DNA of 64,000 bases, from the NCBI GenBank assembly GCA_951406725.2, contig OX597831.1, forward strand, positions 73,284,001 through 73,348,000, in the 5' to 3' direction. Below the pieces are notes generated by a model. It made no database searches, was not told the DNA's origin, and worked only from the letters and a program-made list of their open reading frames with translations. The position numbers and the translations under genes are program-made. The DNA comes from Octopus vulgaris (lineage: Eukaryota). Within the stretch, counting starts at the first letter, position 1. Every line of letters begins with the position of its first letter. Shown piece after piece: positions 12,060 to 24,230 of the stretch.

Positions 12060-15000
12060 CTCCCCTAACCCTAACCTTGTAAGTAATGGGAAAGTCTTGT
12101 TTGTCCTTATGTAAAGCCATCTTACATATTGTTTTTATATCACATATTCTGCAACATCTGTTATCACTTTTCTCTGATGTCAGTTCATTTCTCCCCCCCC
12201 CCCCCGCCCGACAATCTGACATCGTGCCCCTCCCATCTCTATCCTACACCACACCATTTTGCATTGCACTACCCCCATGCTCCACCCACCACATCACTTT
12301 GTGCTAAACCATTACAACACCACCACTGCCCTACCCTGCATCATACCACATGCTACCATGATGTACCCCATCTCTTCATCCATTGCCACCCATTCACTCA
12401 CTCTTCACTACACAACACTGCCTCTATTTAACCACTCCATACCTTAAAAAAAACCCTCACTGTACTATAACCCACACTGAACTAGACCACATCATGCACG
12501 CTGCATCATACTGTGCTATATTGCTCTGCACTTCATCACTAAAGGATGTGAAAACAGAACCAGCAAAGTTGTTATCTGTTTGAAAACAGAAGCTGCCGAA
12601 AGTCAAATTTCAGATTTCTCCAAATTGGATTGTCTGATATTGCCAGACAAAACCTATTTCCAGATTACACCATTTAATGGAACCAAAATATTGAAAATGG
12701 AAAAAAGAAAAAAAAAAGTGTTAGTGTTTATTGGCGGCAGAGAAATCCATAACAGACATTTGATTGAACAGCTGTCGATAAAGGTCACTTGGTAATCGAG
12801 GCTTTATTAGTGCACATGAATCTAGTCTCTATTAATATTGCTTTCAAATTTTGGTACAAGGCCAGCAATTTTGTGGGAGGGAGGATAAGGCGATTGCATC
12901 AACCCCAGTGCTTGACTGTTGCTTATTTTATCGATCCATAACCTGCAAGTCGAAACTAGTGGAATTTGAACTCAGTGTAAAGACAGGAAAAATGTCCTGA
13001 AGCATTTTGCCTGGCATGCTAACGATTCTGCCAGCTCGCTTCGTTAGTCTGAATTTACATTGAGACATTCTGTCTGAGTTTCTAACATTCATACAAATAT
13101 AGATCTTTGGTTAACCCCAATATATTACTGGTATTTATTTCCACCACTGACTGCCAGCTGGCTTACTACCCTTGCTTTCCCATTTTCTATTTCCATTGCC
13201 ACCAAACATTCTCCACATTGTCTTAAAAGTTATATCAAAGTTGAGCTGATAAGGAAACTTGTGTGTAGTTGTTTGACCTGCTAGAATTAACAGTCAAATA
13301 CCCCTTTGATCACAACTATTTCCAGTGAAGTGGGATACATTGGAAGGATGCTGTCCTAGATATACAGAAAGATGGGATGCTCATCACTGCAGTGACTTTC
13401 GTCTAAGGAAGTCTGCTGGATCAAAGCAGACCTGGGGCTAAACAGCTTTCTGATAGGGCCTTTAATATTCAGATGGTATCTTTAATAATTTAGATGGTGT
13501 CATTCGTTGGATTTGTCATTTCTTTGATTTGATTTTTACCAATGACAAACCCTCTTGAGTCTTGGAGAATTTGTTAGATGTCTACAAATCTCAGTATGGT
13601 TAATATCCAGGTCAGCCCTGATCAAGTAGATCCGTGACTGAAAGTGTTCACATTGTGCTCATCCTGTCTTTCATCAGTGAGGTATTCTGTTCAGAGGACT
13701 ACATTATCTGTCTGTGATTTTTGAGGGAGATTTGGCTGTTATTTCTGTCCATGTACAAGTTTCCTTGACAACTTGATTTCAGTATTGTGTGTTGTGTTGC
13801 TGTCCAAGTGATAATTTCTGCCTGTTATCCCAACGATTCTTCCATACAACTGTTTCTAAGACCTGCATTAGACCAAATCTTTGGGAAGAAATAGGGTCAG
13901 TTAAATTTGACAGTTACTTGTACCCCCTCCTGTGTGGTTCTGTGGTAAAAAGCTTGCTTCCCAATCACATGACCCTGAGTTCAGTCCCACTGCATAGCAC
14001 ACTTTGGCAAGCATCTATTATGGTCCAGGGCTGATCAAAGCCTTGTGAGTGGATTTGGTTGAAGGAAACTGAAAGAAGTCCATTATGTATGTGTGTGCAT
14101 GTGGCTTAACGGTTTGGCAAAAGAGACTGATAGAATAAGTACCCGGTTTAAAAAGAAAATTCTTCAAGGTGGTGCCCCAGCATGGCCACAGTCTGACTGA
14201 AACAAGTAAAAGACAGAAGATATGTGTGTGTTACTGTCTCTTAATCTTGACATCATGTGACAGTTGTAAATGAGTGTCACTGTCACTCAAGTGGTGTCAT
14301 TTGATTCCAATTCCTTGTGAGAAACCTATCTGGCTTTAGGAGAAATATTTACCTAACAGGTAACATTTCACACACCGGGCAAAATGCTTTGCGGTATTTC
14401 GTCTGCCGCTACGTTCTGAGTTCAAAATCCGCCGTGGTCGACTATGACTTTCATCCTTTTGGGGTCGATTAAATAGTACCAGTTACGCACTGGGGTCGAT
14501 ATAATCGACTTAATCCGTTTGTCTGTCCTTGTTTGTCCCCCCTGTGTTTAGTCCCTTGTGGGTAATAAAGAAATAGGTATTTCGTCTGCCGCTACATTCT
14601 GAGTTCAAAATCCGCCGTGGTCGACTTTGCCTTTCATCCTTTCAGGGTCGATTAAATAAGTACCATTTACGCACTGGAGTCGATGTAATCGACTTAATCC
14701 ATTTGTCTGTCCTTGTTTGTCCCCTCTGTGTTTAGTCCCTTGTGGGTAGTAAAGAAATAGGTAGCATTTCCCTCTCGTGGAAATTTTGGCAACATGAGGG
14801 GCATCTGGCCACAGAAAATCTGCCTTGACGAATTTCATTTGATTCGTTTGAGCATGAAATAGTGGATATTAAGGTAGGATGATGATGATGATGGTGCTCT
14901 CTGTGACTGACAGGTAAGAAAACAACCCCCCCTCCCTGAAATCCGTAACTCCCCTACCATTCCACTGACGAAACAATGTCATTTAAAACCAAACTATTGT

Positions 15001-15139
15001 CGTTTCTCTGATGTGTGTTTTGCATTTTTCTTTTCAATCCAATTTTAAGTGAATCTTTTTCAATTAAATAAAAACAGATTTTTTTTTTTTCTTCATCTCC
15101 TTTGATTTTCTCACTAAATATTGTTTTATTTCGTTTCAG

Positions 15140-15927
15140 AAATCACTGCATGCTGTTGTTGTTGTTGTTGTCGTAGCAGTCGTCCTCTCCGCCACATTTG
15201 GACTCAGTGATGTTACCCGACCACCAGCCCGTCGCCTCTTCTTGCTGCTGCTGTTGCTGCTACTGCTGTTGCTGCGTTCACCCCTGTCTGGCAGACTAGT
15301 TCATTGTGTGGTGGGTGGGGGGGTACTTGTAAAATGTCCTGTAGAGCGCCCATTCTAGGACTGCTACCACTACAGACACAGCTACTACTACTACCACCAC
15401 ACCACCAACAGCAGCAGCAGCAGCAACAACAACAACACCAACAACGTCGCCGCCGCCGCCGCCACCACTGTGACTGCCACTGCCGCCGTCGACGCCACCA
15501 CCACCACTGCTACTACTACTACTACAACAACACCACCACCAACAACAACAACAACTACACCCACCTGCACTGCCACCACCACCACCACCACCACCGACTG
15601 CACCACCACCACCACTGTCCTTGCTGGCGGTGTTGCACAACCCCGCCTCCTTACCCCCCTCCTGTTGCTCCTGTCAATCACCTCCCTCCCTGTCTTTGTC
15701 ATAGTGTTTGTCACAGTCACTCTGTTATTACATAGCTAGGCCTCGTCCCCACCACCACCACCACCACCACCACCACCTATAGTACTCTTATTACTGCTGA
15801 TATTACTGAAAAAACTCCTGTCTGGGACATTACTGCTGGCCGCATAGGTTGCACCACCACCACCACCGCCCCACCATCATTGCCTCCCACCACCACCAAG
15901 TGGTGAGGAGGTGACATTGGTGTTTTG

Positions 15928-15964
<37 letters not shown>

Positions 15965-16189
15965 TATGTCCAACTGACACACGGAGATTTCAACCAGTTC
16001 CACGCTCCACCCCTCCACACCATAAAGCAACAAGCTAACCCTCCCCTGCTGTTTCCTTAAAATATCCAACCAACGAACCACTCAGTTGAGGAAAGGAACT
16101 CAACCACCTGACCGACCGACCGACCGACCAACCAACCCTTAATTATTTGTCTTGGAGGGGCTACAGCTCACCACCGATTGGCTTACCGG
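15140..16189 (+). other. Probable 5' UTR part of the first coding exon, rich in trinucleotide repeats
   Basis: Strong pyrimidine-rich acceptor (TTTCGTTTCAG ending 15139) and a candidate upstream donor CAG|GTAAGA at 14913/14914. Composition shifts to C-rich CAG/CAA/CCA/CGC/TAC repeats with no transposon remnants up to the ATG at 16190. Confidence 0.5.
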
Positions 16190-16271
16190 ATGAGAGCAAG
16201 ACTGAAGAATGTTGTTCTTTTGCTGGTCATGGTCTTCATTTTGCCCATATTCTTCATGGTGACCCGACCAG
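16190..16271 (+). CDS. MGAT4: MGAT4-like glycosyltransferase, coding exon 1 (cytoplasmic tail and signal-anchor TM)
   Basis: ATG at 16190 gives MRARLKNVVLLLVMVFILPIFFMVTRP, a basic N-terminus plus hydrophobic stretch typical of type II Golgi enzymes. It ends at a strong CAG|GTAAG donor; 82 nt, phase 1, matching the exon at 53158. Confidence 0.8.
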
Positions 16272-16920
16272 GTAAGCTATTTCCTTTTTTTTTGTTTTTC
16301 TCAAGCAGCTTAAAAGCATACTGGCCCTCCCCCACCTCTTAAACACCATAATGACCCGTTCGAAGTATGTAGTGTGATAACACACTTTTCTCACCAACCA
16401 GTCTCATTAATTTCCTCTTCCTCCTCCTCTCACCCCTCTATCCCACCCCACTCCACCCTAATCTTTCCCACCCGCTTCATTTGTTTATTTTTCCTGTCCG
16501 AGATGAGTTGCTGTTAATTAGTTAATGAGATGATAATTTTTCAGAGCAATTAGTCTCAGCTGAAGGGTTTACATTTCCAGTATTCCTCTCAATTCTGTGT
16601 TTGATCAGTTTTATCCCTAATCCTCCTCACCAACTGTTCAATTCCAAACTGGATTCAAATTGGTCGTCTTGACAATGTTTATATCTACAGGTCGTTGGCA
16701 TGTAAAAAGCACCCACTACACTCTCGGAGTGGTTGGTGTTAGGTAGGACATCCAGCTGTAGAAGCATTGCCAGATCAGATTGGAGCCTGGTGCAGCCTCC
16801 CAGCTGCCAATCTGCAGTCAAACCAACCAACCCATTCCAGCGGGAAAAGCGGATGTTAAACAATGATGATAATACATTATTTACAATTGATAGATATTTG
16901 TCCTCATCTTGTTTGTTGTT

Positions 16921-17072
16921 AACATAACATTTCGGCTGATATACCCTCCAGCCTTCATCAGGGGTCTTAGGGAAATTCCGAACCTGGGTTCTCATTCCTT
17001 AGGTATTTTTTTATGTTATTATAACAACAGACCCCTGATGAAGGCTGGAGGGTATATCAGCCGAAACATTGT
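16921..17072. ncRNA. Two divergent hammerhead motifs (16921-16966 minus; 17030-17072 plus)
   Basis: Both read CTGATGA-A-GGCTGGAGGGTATATCAGCC-GAAA; stem III CG is decayed to TG or CA and stem I is weak. Confidence 0.6.
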
Positions 17073-18654
17073 CATCATCATTATCATTTAATGTCTGCTT
17101 TCCAAGCTAGTATGGGTTGTACAATTTGACTGAGGACTGGCAAACCAGATGGCTGCACCAGCCTCCAATCTAATCTGGCAGAGTTTCTACAGCTGGATGC
17201 CCTTCCTAACGCCAACCACTCCGAGAGATTAGTGGGTGCTTTTACATGCCACTGGCATGAGGGCCAGTCAGGCAGTACTGGCAACGGCCATGCTGAAGTG
17301 GTGTTTTTTACGTGCCACCTGCACAGGAACCAGTCCAGCGGAACTGGCAATGACCTCGCTCAAATGTTTTTCACGTGCCACCAACACAAGTGCCAGTAAG
17401 GCGATGCAGGTAGCGATCACGTTTGAATGGTGCTTTTTACATGCCACCGGCATGGGACAGTCAGCTGCTCTGGCAGCGATCATGTTCGGATGGTGCTCTT
17501 AGTGCTCTGCTGGCATGGGTGCCAGTCATCGAATTTGTGAATTTGATTTGATTAACAACAAACAAGATGAGGACAAATATCCATCAATTGTCAATAATGT
17601 ACATAATTCCTCATCTCTTAAATATAGAACTGATAATGCCGATGATGATGAGGTGCAGGCATTGCTTTGTGATTAAGAAGCTCACTTTGCAAGCACATGG
17701 TTTTGGGTTCAGTCCCACTGCGTGGCACCTTGGGCAAGTGTCTTCTGCTATAGCTCTGGGACAACCAATATCTTGTGAGTGAATTTGATAGATGGAAACT
17801 GTGTGGAAACCTGCTCTGTGTGTTTTTTTATGTGTGTGTGTCAGGTTAAGTCCCACTGGGGGGCACCTTGTGCAAGTGTCTTCTACTGTAGCCTCGGCTG
17901 ACACAAGCCATGTGAATGGATTTGAGAGACAAAAACCGAAAGAAGTCCATCGTGTGTGTGTGTGTCTTTGTAAGTTTGTCCTCCACCACTACAACCGGTG
18001 TTGGTGTGTTTACATCCCTGTAACTTAGCAGTTTAGCAAGAGACCAATAGGAAAAGTGCCAGGCTTAAAAAAAAAGTACTCTTTTTCCAAATTAAAGCTA
18101 ATATTTTTGTCCACTCAGCCACTGACATGTACCTGGGCACGAATGAAACACTTGGTGACAACAAATTGGAGATGTTGCTACTGAATCCCAGGTAAATTCT
18201 GGTGGAGCAGATCTGAGATCAGTTGCATTCCAGCTGTGACCATCACATCTTTTCCTTTAGTTCACAGAACCCAGAATTACATTATCCAACATATGGTTTG
18301 ATTTGAGGGATATTTGGCTATGATTTCTAGAAGGTCAAGCATAGTAGTTTCGTTGTTGGTTAGTGTGGTGCAAGCATTGTCATGTAATTAAGAAGTTTAT
18401 TTCCCAACTGCACCCTTTCAGATCAGCCCTACTGCTTGATGACCCCAGGGCCACTGTCTTCTATTGTAGCTCCCAGGCTAACAACATGGAAAATGGGATG
18501 ATTATGATGATGGTCTTAGAGACGTTAATTTATCTTAGACATCTTCACAATATTTTCTCTCTTCTCCCAGCTCTCACTTCACACTTTTCACTTATAATAA
18601 TTCTTCTACTCGAGGCACAAAACCTGAAATGTTGGTGCAAGTGACATTCATAGT

Positions 18655-19040
18655 TATCTCTCTCCCTCTCTCCATAGTTGTCTCTCCCTCTGTAGTGGTC
18701 TCTCTCTCTCTCTCCCTCTGTAGTGGTCTCTCTCTCTCTCTTCCTCTGTAGTGGTCTCTCTCTCCCTCCACAATGGTTTCTCTCTCTCTCTCCCTCTAAT
18801 GGTTTCTCCTCTCTCTGTCATGGTGTCTCTCTCTCTCTCCCTCCCTAATTTTCTCTCCCTCCCTAATTGTCTCTTTCTCCCTCCCTAATTGTCTCTCTCC
18901 TTCCCTAGTTGTCTCTCTCCCTTCCTAGTTTTCTCTCTCTCTCCCCCCTCTCTCTTTCTCTCTCTCCCTGTAGTTGTCTCTCTCTCCCTCCCCTTAGTTT
19001 TGTCTCTCCATGTGGTTGTCTCTGTCTCTCTCTGTCTCTC
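18655..19040. repeat. CT-rich minisatellite-like tract
   Basis: Repeated CTCCCTCTGTAGTGGTCTCTCTCT and CTCCCTAATTGTCTCT variants. Confidence 0.85.
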
Positions 19041-19702
19041 TAAGAACAGAATTAGCTTTGGGCCAGGAAGTGGTACTACTAATGCCATCTCCTTAGACAA
19101 CTGTAGCAGAAGTCCTGAACAAGGAAAAGCTCCCACCCTCCCCGGGGGGAGGGGGGTCTCTGACAAGGTTTTACTTTTTCTAGTGTGATAGTCACTAAAG
19201 AAACTTGGGGGAGATGAATGACTTGTAATGGTTGCGCAAGTGGGGTTCTAAAATGCAAATTGGCAAGATCAGAGTTCATTCAGTTCGTTAGTGCATTTAA
19301 TGTGCAGGTAGATGTCCATTGGCTTAATTTACCCATGTCTAGACTATAACCAGGAAACGGTCTGTGGGAACGTCTGTATTCTTTTAGCAGAATCTGTAGA
19401 CTTAGAGAAGTAATTTCTGACATGCATGCAGGGGTGTAGCCATGGCTATGTGGTTAGAAGATTGTTTCCTAACCACATGGTTCTGGGTTTGGTCCCACTG
19501 CATGGCACCTTCAGCAGTTGTCTTCTACTATAGCTTTGGACTGACTAAAACCTTGTGCAAAAATTTGGTAGATGGAAACTGAAAGAAGCCCATTGTATAT
19601 ATCAGTAGTTCCCAACCTTTTCACTACCGAGGACCCCTTTTATTTAAATGAGTTTTCTCCTGGATCCCTTTTAATATCCTTATTGCTATGTGTATGTATG
19701 TA

Positions 19703-19737
<35 letters not shown>

Positions 19738-19738
<1 letters not shown>

Positions 19739-20952
19739 GATGCACCAAGTGTAAGCTATGGACACATAAGAGGTGCAGCAATGTCAAGGGAAGGCTAACT
19801 GGGAAGATAGTTTTTGTATGTGGCAGATGCTCAGGAACAATAAACACTGAAAATGCGCAGAGACCAACTTCCACCACATTCCAGGGAGAAAAACTAGAAA
19901 TAGTTGATAGTTTCCGTTACCTAGGTGACCAAGTCAGTAGCAGGGGTGGGTGTGCTGAAAGTGTAACTGCTAGAGTAAGAATAGCCTGGGCAAAGTTCAG
20001 AGAGCTCTTACCTCTGCTGGTGACAAAAGGCCTCTCGCTCAGAGTAAAAGGCAGACTGTATGATGTATGTGTACGAACAGCCATGCTACATGGCAGTGAA
20101 ACATGGGCCGTGACTGCTGAGGATATGCGTAAGCTCGCAAGAAATGAAGCTAGTATGCTCCGATGGATCTGTAATATCAGTGTTCATACTCGACAGAGTG
20201 TAAGTACCTTGAGAGAAAAGTTGAACCTAAGAAGCATCAGTTGTGGTGTGCAAGAGAGACGTTTGTGCTGGTATGGCCATGTGGTGAGAATGGATGAAGA
20301 TAGTTGTGTGAAAAAGTGCCACACCCTAATGGTTGAGGGAACCTGTGGAAGAGGTAGACCCAGGAAAACCTGGGACGAGGTGGTGAAGCACGACCTTCGA
20401 ACTTTAGGTCTCACCGAGGAAATGACTAGAGACCAAGACATTTGGAAGTATGCTGTGCATGAGAAGACCCGGCAGGACAAGTGAGACCATAACCCGTGGC
20501 CTCTACCTGGGAGGTAGCCAGTCCACTTATGCATACATTTCCTTCTTGGGACACAAAACTTTATTTGTGAAGACCTGTTGAGGCAAGTGAAAATCGAAAT
20601 CAATCAACATCCATGGAAATTGTAGCTGTGATACCAGTGCTGGTGGCACGTAAAAAAACCATCCGAATGTGGCCATTGCCAGCGCCGCCCTGACTGGCCT
20701 CCGTGCCGGTGGCACATAAAAAAGCACCATCCGATCGTGGCCATTGCCAGCCTAGTCTGGCACCTGTGCCGGTGGCACGTAAAAAGCACCCACTACACTC
20801 ATGGAGTGGTTGGCGTTAGGAAGGGCATCCAACCGTAGAAACATTGCCAGATCAGACTGGGCCTGGTGCAGCCTTCTGGCTTCTCCAGACCCCAGTTGAA
20901 CCGTCCAACCCATGCTAGCATGGAGAGCGGATGTTAAACGATGATGATGATG
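19738..20952 (+). mobile_element. 5'-truncated RTE LINE (ORF C-terminus, 3' UTR, (GAT)n tail)
   Basis: FRYLGDQ, RVRIAWAKFREL, KGRLY..CVRTAMLHGSETW, ERRLCWYGHVVRM, GRGRPRKTW; stop at 20484; tail GATGATGAT at about 20940-20952. Confidence 0.93.
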
Positions 20953-21282
20953 TAAATCTTTAGTCAAATATATTCAGTGAGCATATACTGAATTTATATT
21001 GAGTGCTCAATTGTATCAAAGTATTAATACTATTAAAGTATTTATGTATTTAATACGAGTGATTATATACATATATATATATATTAATAATATATTATTA
21101 TTAATATTAGGAAATCAATATCAAAACTCGTCAGAAAGATATACACGTGTGAAAAATGATTGTTGTATTAAAAATATATAAATAAATAAATATAAATATG
21201 TATAAAAATATATGTAAATATGTATAGGTATAAATATATAATGTGTATGACAGTTTAAAAGTTTTGAATTAATTATTTAAAG

Positions 21283-21374
21283 CATCTTACGCTTATTTCA
21301 CAGAAGAGTTTTCCCTATAATGAAATCCTATATTGATAAGCATTTATAGACAACGCTTCTGCTCTTCAGAGATA
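21283..21374 (-). ncRNA. Type I hammerhead motif with long stem II
   Basis: Minus strand TATCT-CTGAAGA-GCAGAAG...CTTCTGT-GAAA-TAAGCG-TA|AGATG; canonical core, GUA site. Confidence 0.65.
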
Positions 21375-21723
21375 TAAAATTTGAATTCTGTATAACATAT
21401 CAAATGGTATTTTGTTTTTTCATTTTTTTTTTTTTTTTCAAATTTGAAGTAAAACTATAAAATGGTGTTTGTTTGAATAAAAAATTACTGCTTTTGATGA
21501 GAGTCTTTAAGTCCATATATACTTCCTTGGTTATTCTACTGCAATAATCCATAATATTCATATGTAAAATCCGTCATATCTTGTATTCTAAATGTAGTTC
21601 ATATAGTTAGTTTAGAAATGTGAAATTTATATATACTTTAGTATGAGAATCTTGAAATTCATATATGTCTTCTTGGTAATTCCTCTGTAGCAATCTGAGG
21701 AGTTTTGATATTGATTTCCTAAT

Positions 21724-21760
<37 letters not shown>

Positions 21761-21926
21761 TGGCGCAGGAGTGGCTGCGTGGTAAGTAGCTTGATTACCA
21801 ACCACATGGTTCCAGGTTCAGTCCCACTGCGTGGCACCTTGGGCAAGTGTCTTCTACTATAGCCTTGGGCTGACCAAAGCCTTGTGAGTGGATTTGGTAG
21901 ACAGAAACTGAAAGAAGCCCGTCGTA

Positions 21927-21974
<48 letters not shown>

Positions 21975-22185
21975 TGTCTGTGTTTGTGTGTCTGTGTTTG
22001 TCCCCCTAGCATTGCTTGACAACCGATGCTGGTCTGTTTATGTCCCCGTTACTTAGCGGTTCGGCAAAAGAGACCGATAGAATAAGTACTGGGCTTACAA
22101 AAGAATAAGTCTCGGGTTCGAGTTGCTCGATTAAAGGTGGTGCTCCAGATTGGCCGCAGTTAAATGACTGAAACAAGTAAAGAGT
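21761..22185 (+). mobile_element. tRNA-derived CORE-like SINE family B; copies also at about 2060-2430(-), 11570-11890, 13930-14215, 17655-18070, 19430-19602 plus 22291-22500, 51150-51510, 52175-52570(-), 55678-56000, 57963-58350, 58535-58955, 61140-61455
   Basis: GGCGCAGGAGTGGCTGTGTGGTAAG...GGTTCAGTCCC (A/B boxes), CORE-like CCTTGGGCAAGTG, an internal (TA)/(TG) microsatellite and a TAAAAGAG tail. Confidence 0.9.
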
Positions 22186-22530
22186 ATATATATATATATA
22201 TATATATAATATGTATAAAATGTTGAATTTAGCCCTCATACCCCCAGTACTACCTTTGCAGACCCCAGGTTGGGAACTACTGGTATATATACATCTGTGT
22301 GCTTGTGTTTGTCCCCTACCACTGCTTGACAACCAGTGTTGTTGTGTTTACATCATTGTAACTTAGTGGTTCAGCAAAAGAGACTGATAGAATGAGTGCT
22401 AGGCTTAAAATGAAATAGTCCTGGAGTTGATTCAACTAAAAGTCTCTAAGGTGGTGCTCCAGCATGGCTGTAATCCAATGACTCAAACAAGTAAAAGATA
22501 AAAAGAAAAAAAGGATAGTAAAAACTAGGG

Positions 22531-22699
22531 CAGTGATTCCCAACCCTTTTATTTAAATGAGTTTTTCTCATGGACCCCTTTTAATATACTTATCCTTATG
22601 TGTGTGTGTGAGTGTGTATAATAAATATCTATGTATATATATATGAAATTTTGAATTTAGTTCATGGACCCCAGTACTACCTTTGCAGACCCCAGGTTT
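22531..22699. mobile_element. Second, unsplit copy of the hAT MITE
   Basis: CAGTGATTCCCAACC start; shares ATTTAAATGAGTTTT...CCCCAGTACTACCTTTGCAGACCCCAGGTT with both halves of 19603-22282. Right TIR truncated. Confidence 0.75.
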
Positions 22700-23709
22700 C
22701 AATGAATAGCAAAGACGAGACTCTACTTCTTCAGGGAAATGGCCATACGTGATGGCCACAAAAGAGTTGGCAGAAATGCAGTGGGATGTTCCAATATTGA
22801 TAAATACCAAAAAAGAAAAAAGTTCTTTTTGCAGTTGAGAAAAAAAAACTGAGTTTTTCAAATCAATTTGAAACGAACTAAATTTGAAAACTTTTGTACA
22901 CAATGGTAACAGATGGTCTGAGGAGACAAGGTGTTAATAAATTAGTGTTTGACATATATTCTGTTGGAAGAGTTGACTGTTCATTGTATTTTTTTTTCTC
23001 CTCTTCAAATATCTGGGTTTTTTTTCCTTCTTGCAAACCACAAAACAAACAAGATTTGTTTTTAACATCTGGGTTAGTGTTTGTTTAAGTTCTCCACCCC
23101 CCTATACTGTCCAGATGGACCAATTTTGGAAAATTGTACTTGAAGAGATCAATTGGTTTTTAGAGGTGGAAGAACGAAAGAAAAATGTGGTGGAAGGTGG
23201 TGTACAGTTGCATTAGAAAAATGGTAGAAAACAGTGGAATTAAAAATAATAAAGAACTAGGTGCCAAGTGAAAAAGAAATTTGGGTTATAAGTTTGTAAT
23301 ATTAAGTAACACTGCCAAGGCGACGAGCTGGCAGACACGTTAGTGCACCAGGCGAAATGCTTAGTGGTATTTCGTCTGTCGTTACTTTCTGAGTTCAAAT
23401 TCCTCCGAGGTCGACTTTGCCTTTCATCCTTTCAGGGTCAATAAATAAAGTACCAGTTTCGCACTGGGGTCGATGTAATCGACTTAATCCCTTTGTCTGT
23501 CTTTGTTTGTCCCCTCTATGTTTAGCCCCTTGTGGGCAATAAATAAATAAATATTAAGTAACACTGCCTCACATTCTGAGTACTTTAAGAAACAATCTAT
23601 CAAGTGTGAGCCCCGCACTGTAACCATGTGACTTTACGGTCAGATCAGTGAGTATAATGTAATCAACTATGGTAACTTTATTATGCCGTTCATATTTGAT
23701 TTTGTAGCA

Positions 23710-24230
23710 ATCAGTTGTAGGGTGCAAGAGGGCAAAGACTGTGCTGGCATGGCCCCGATAAGGCACATGAACAAGAACAGTTGCATCAAGAGGTGCCAGT
23801 CTCTAATTGAAGAGAGAACATGTAGAAGGGGTAGACCAAGGAAGACGCGGGACATAGTGGTGAGAAAGGAGCTACAGACCTCGGGACACATGGAGGGGAT
23901 GACCTGAGACCAAGACTCCTGGTGGTTTGCTGTGCTTGAAGAAACCCACCACGCTAAGTAAAAACATGGTTGCCCTTGCATACAGGTGCATCTCCTACAA
24001 CCCTCTCCAGCTGAGCATTTCTAATCTTGCAGGCTCAAAGGTGCTGGTGCCATGTAAAACGTGCCCATACCGGTGCTGCGTAAAAGTATCCGGTACATTC
24101 AGTAAAGTGGTTGGCATTATGAAGGGCATCCTGTTGTAGAAACCATTCCAAAACAGACATGGAGCTTCAACAGTCTTTCAGCATCCAACCATGCCAGCAT
24201 GGAAAACAGATGTTAAATGATGAGGAGGAT
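23710..24230 (+). mobile_element. Decayed RTE 3' fragment
   Basis: CIKRCQSL..RGRPRKT plus the 3' UTR module. Confidence 0.7.

Larger units (their letters stand above)
19603..22282. mobile_element. hAT-type MITE split by nested insertions
   Basis: Perfect 15-bp TIRs CAGTAGTTCCCAACC/GGTTGGGAACTACTG and 8-bp TSD GTATATAT (19595-19602, 22283-22290). A compact related copy lies at 22531-22699. Confidence 0.88.
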
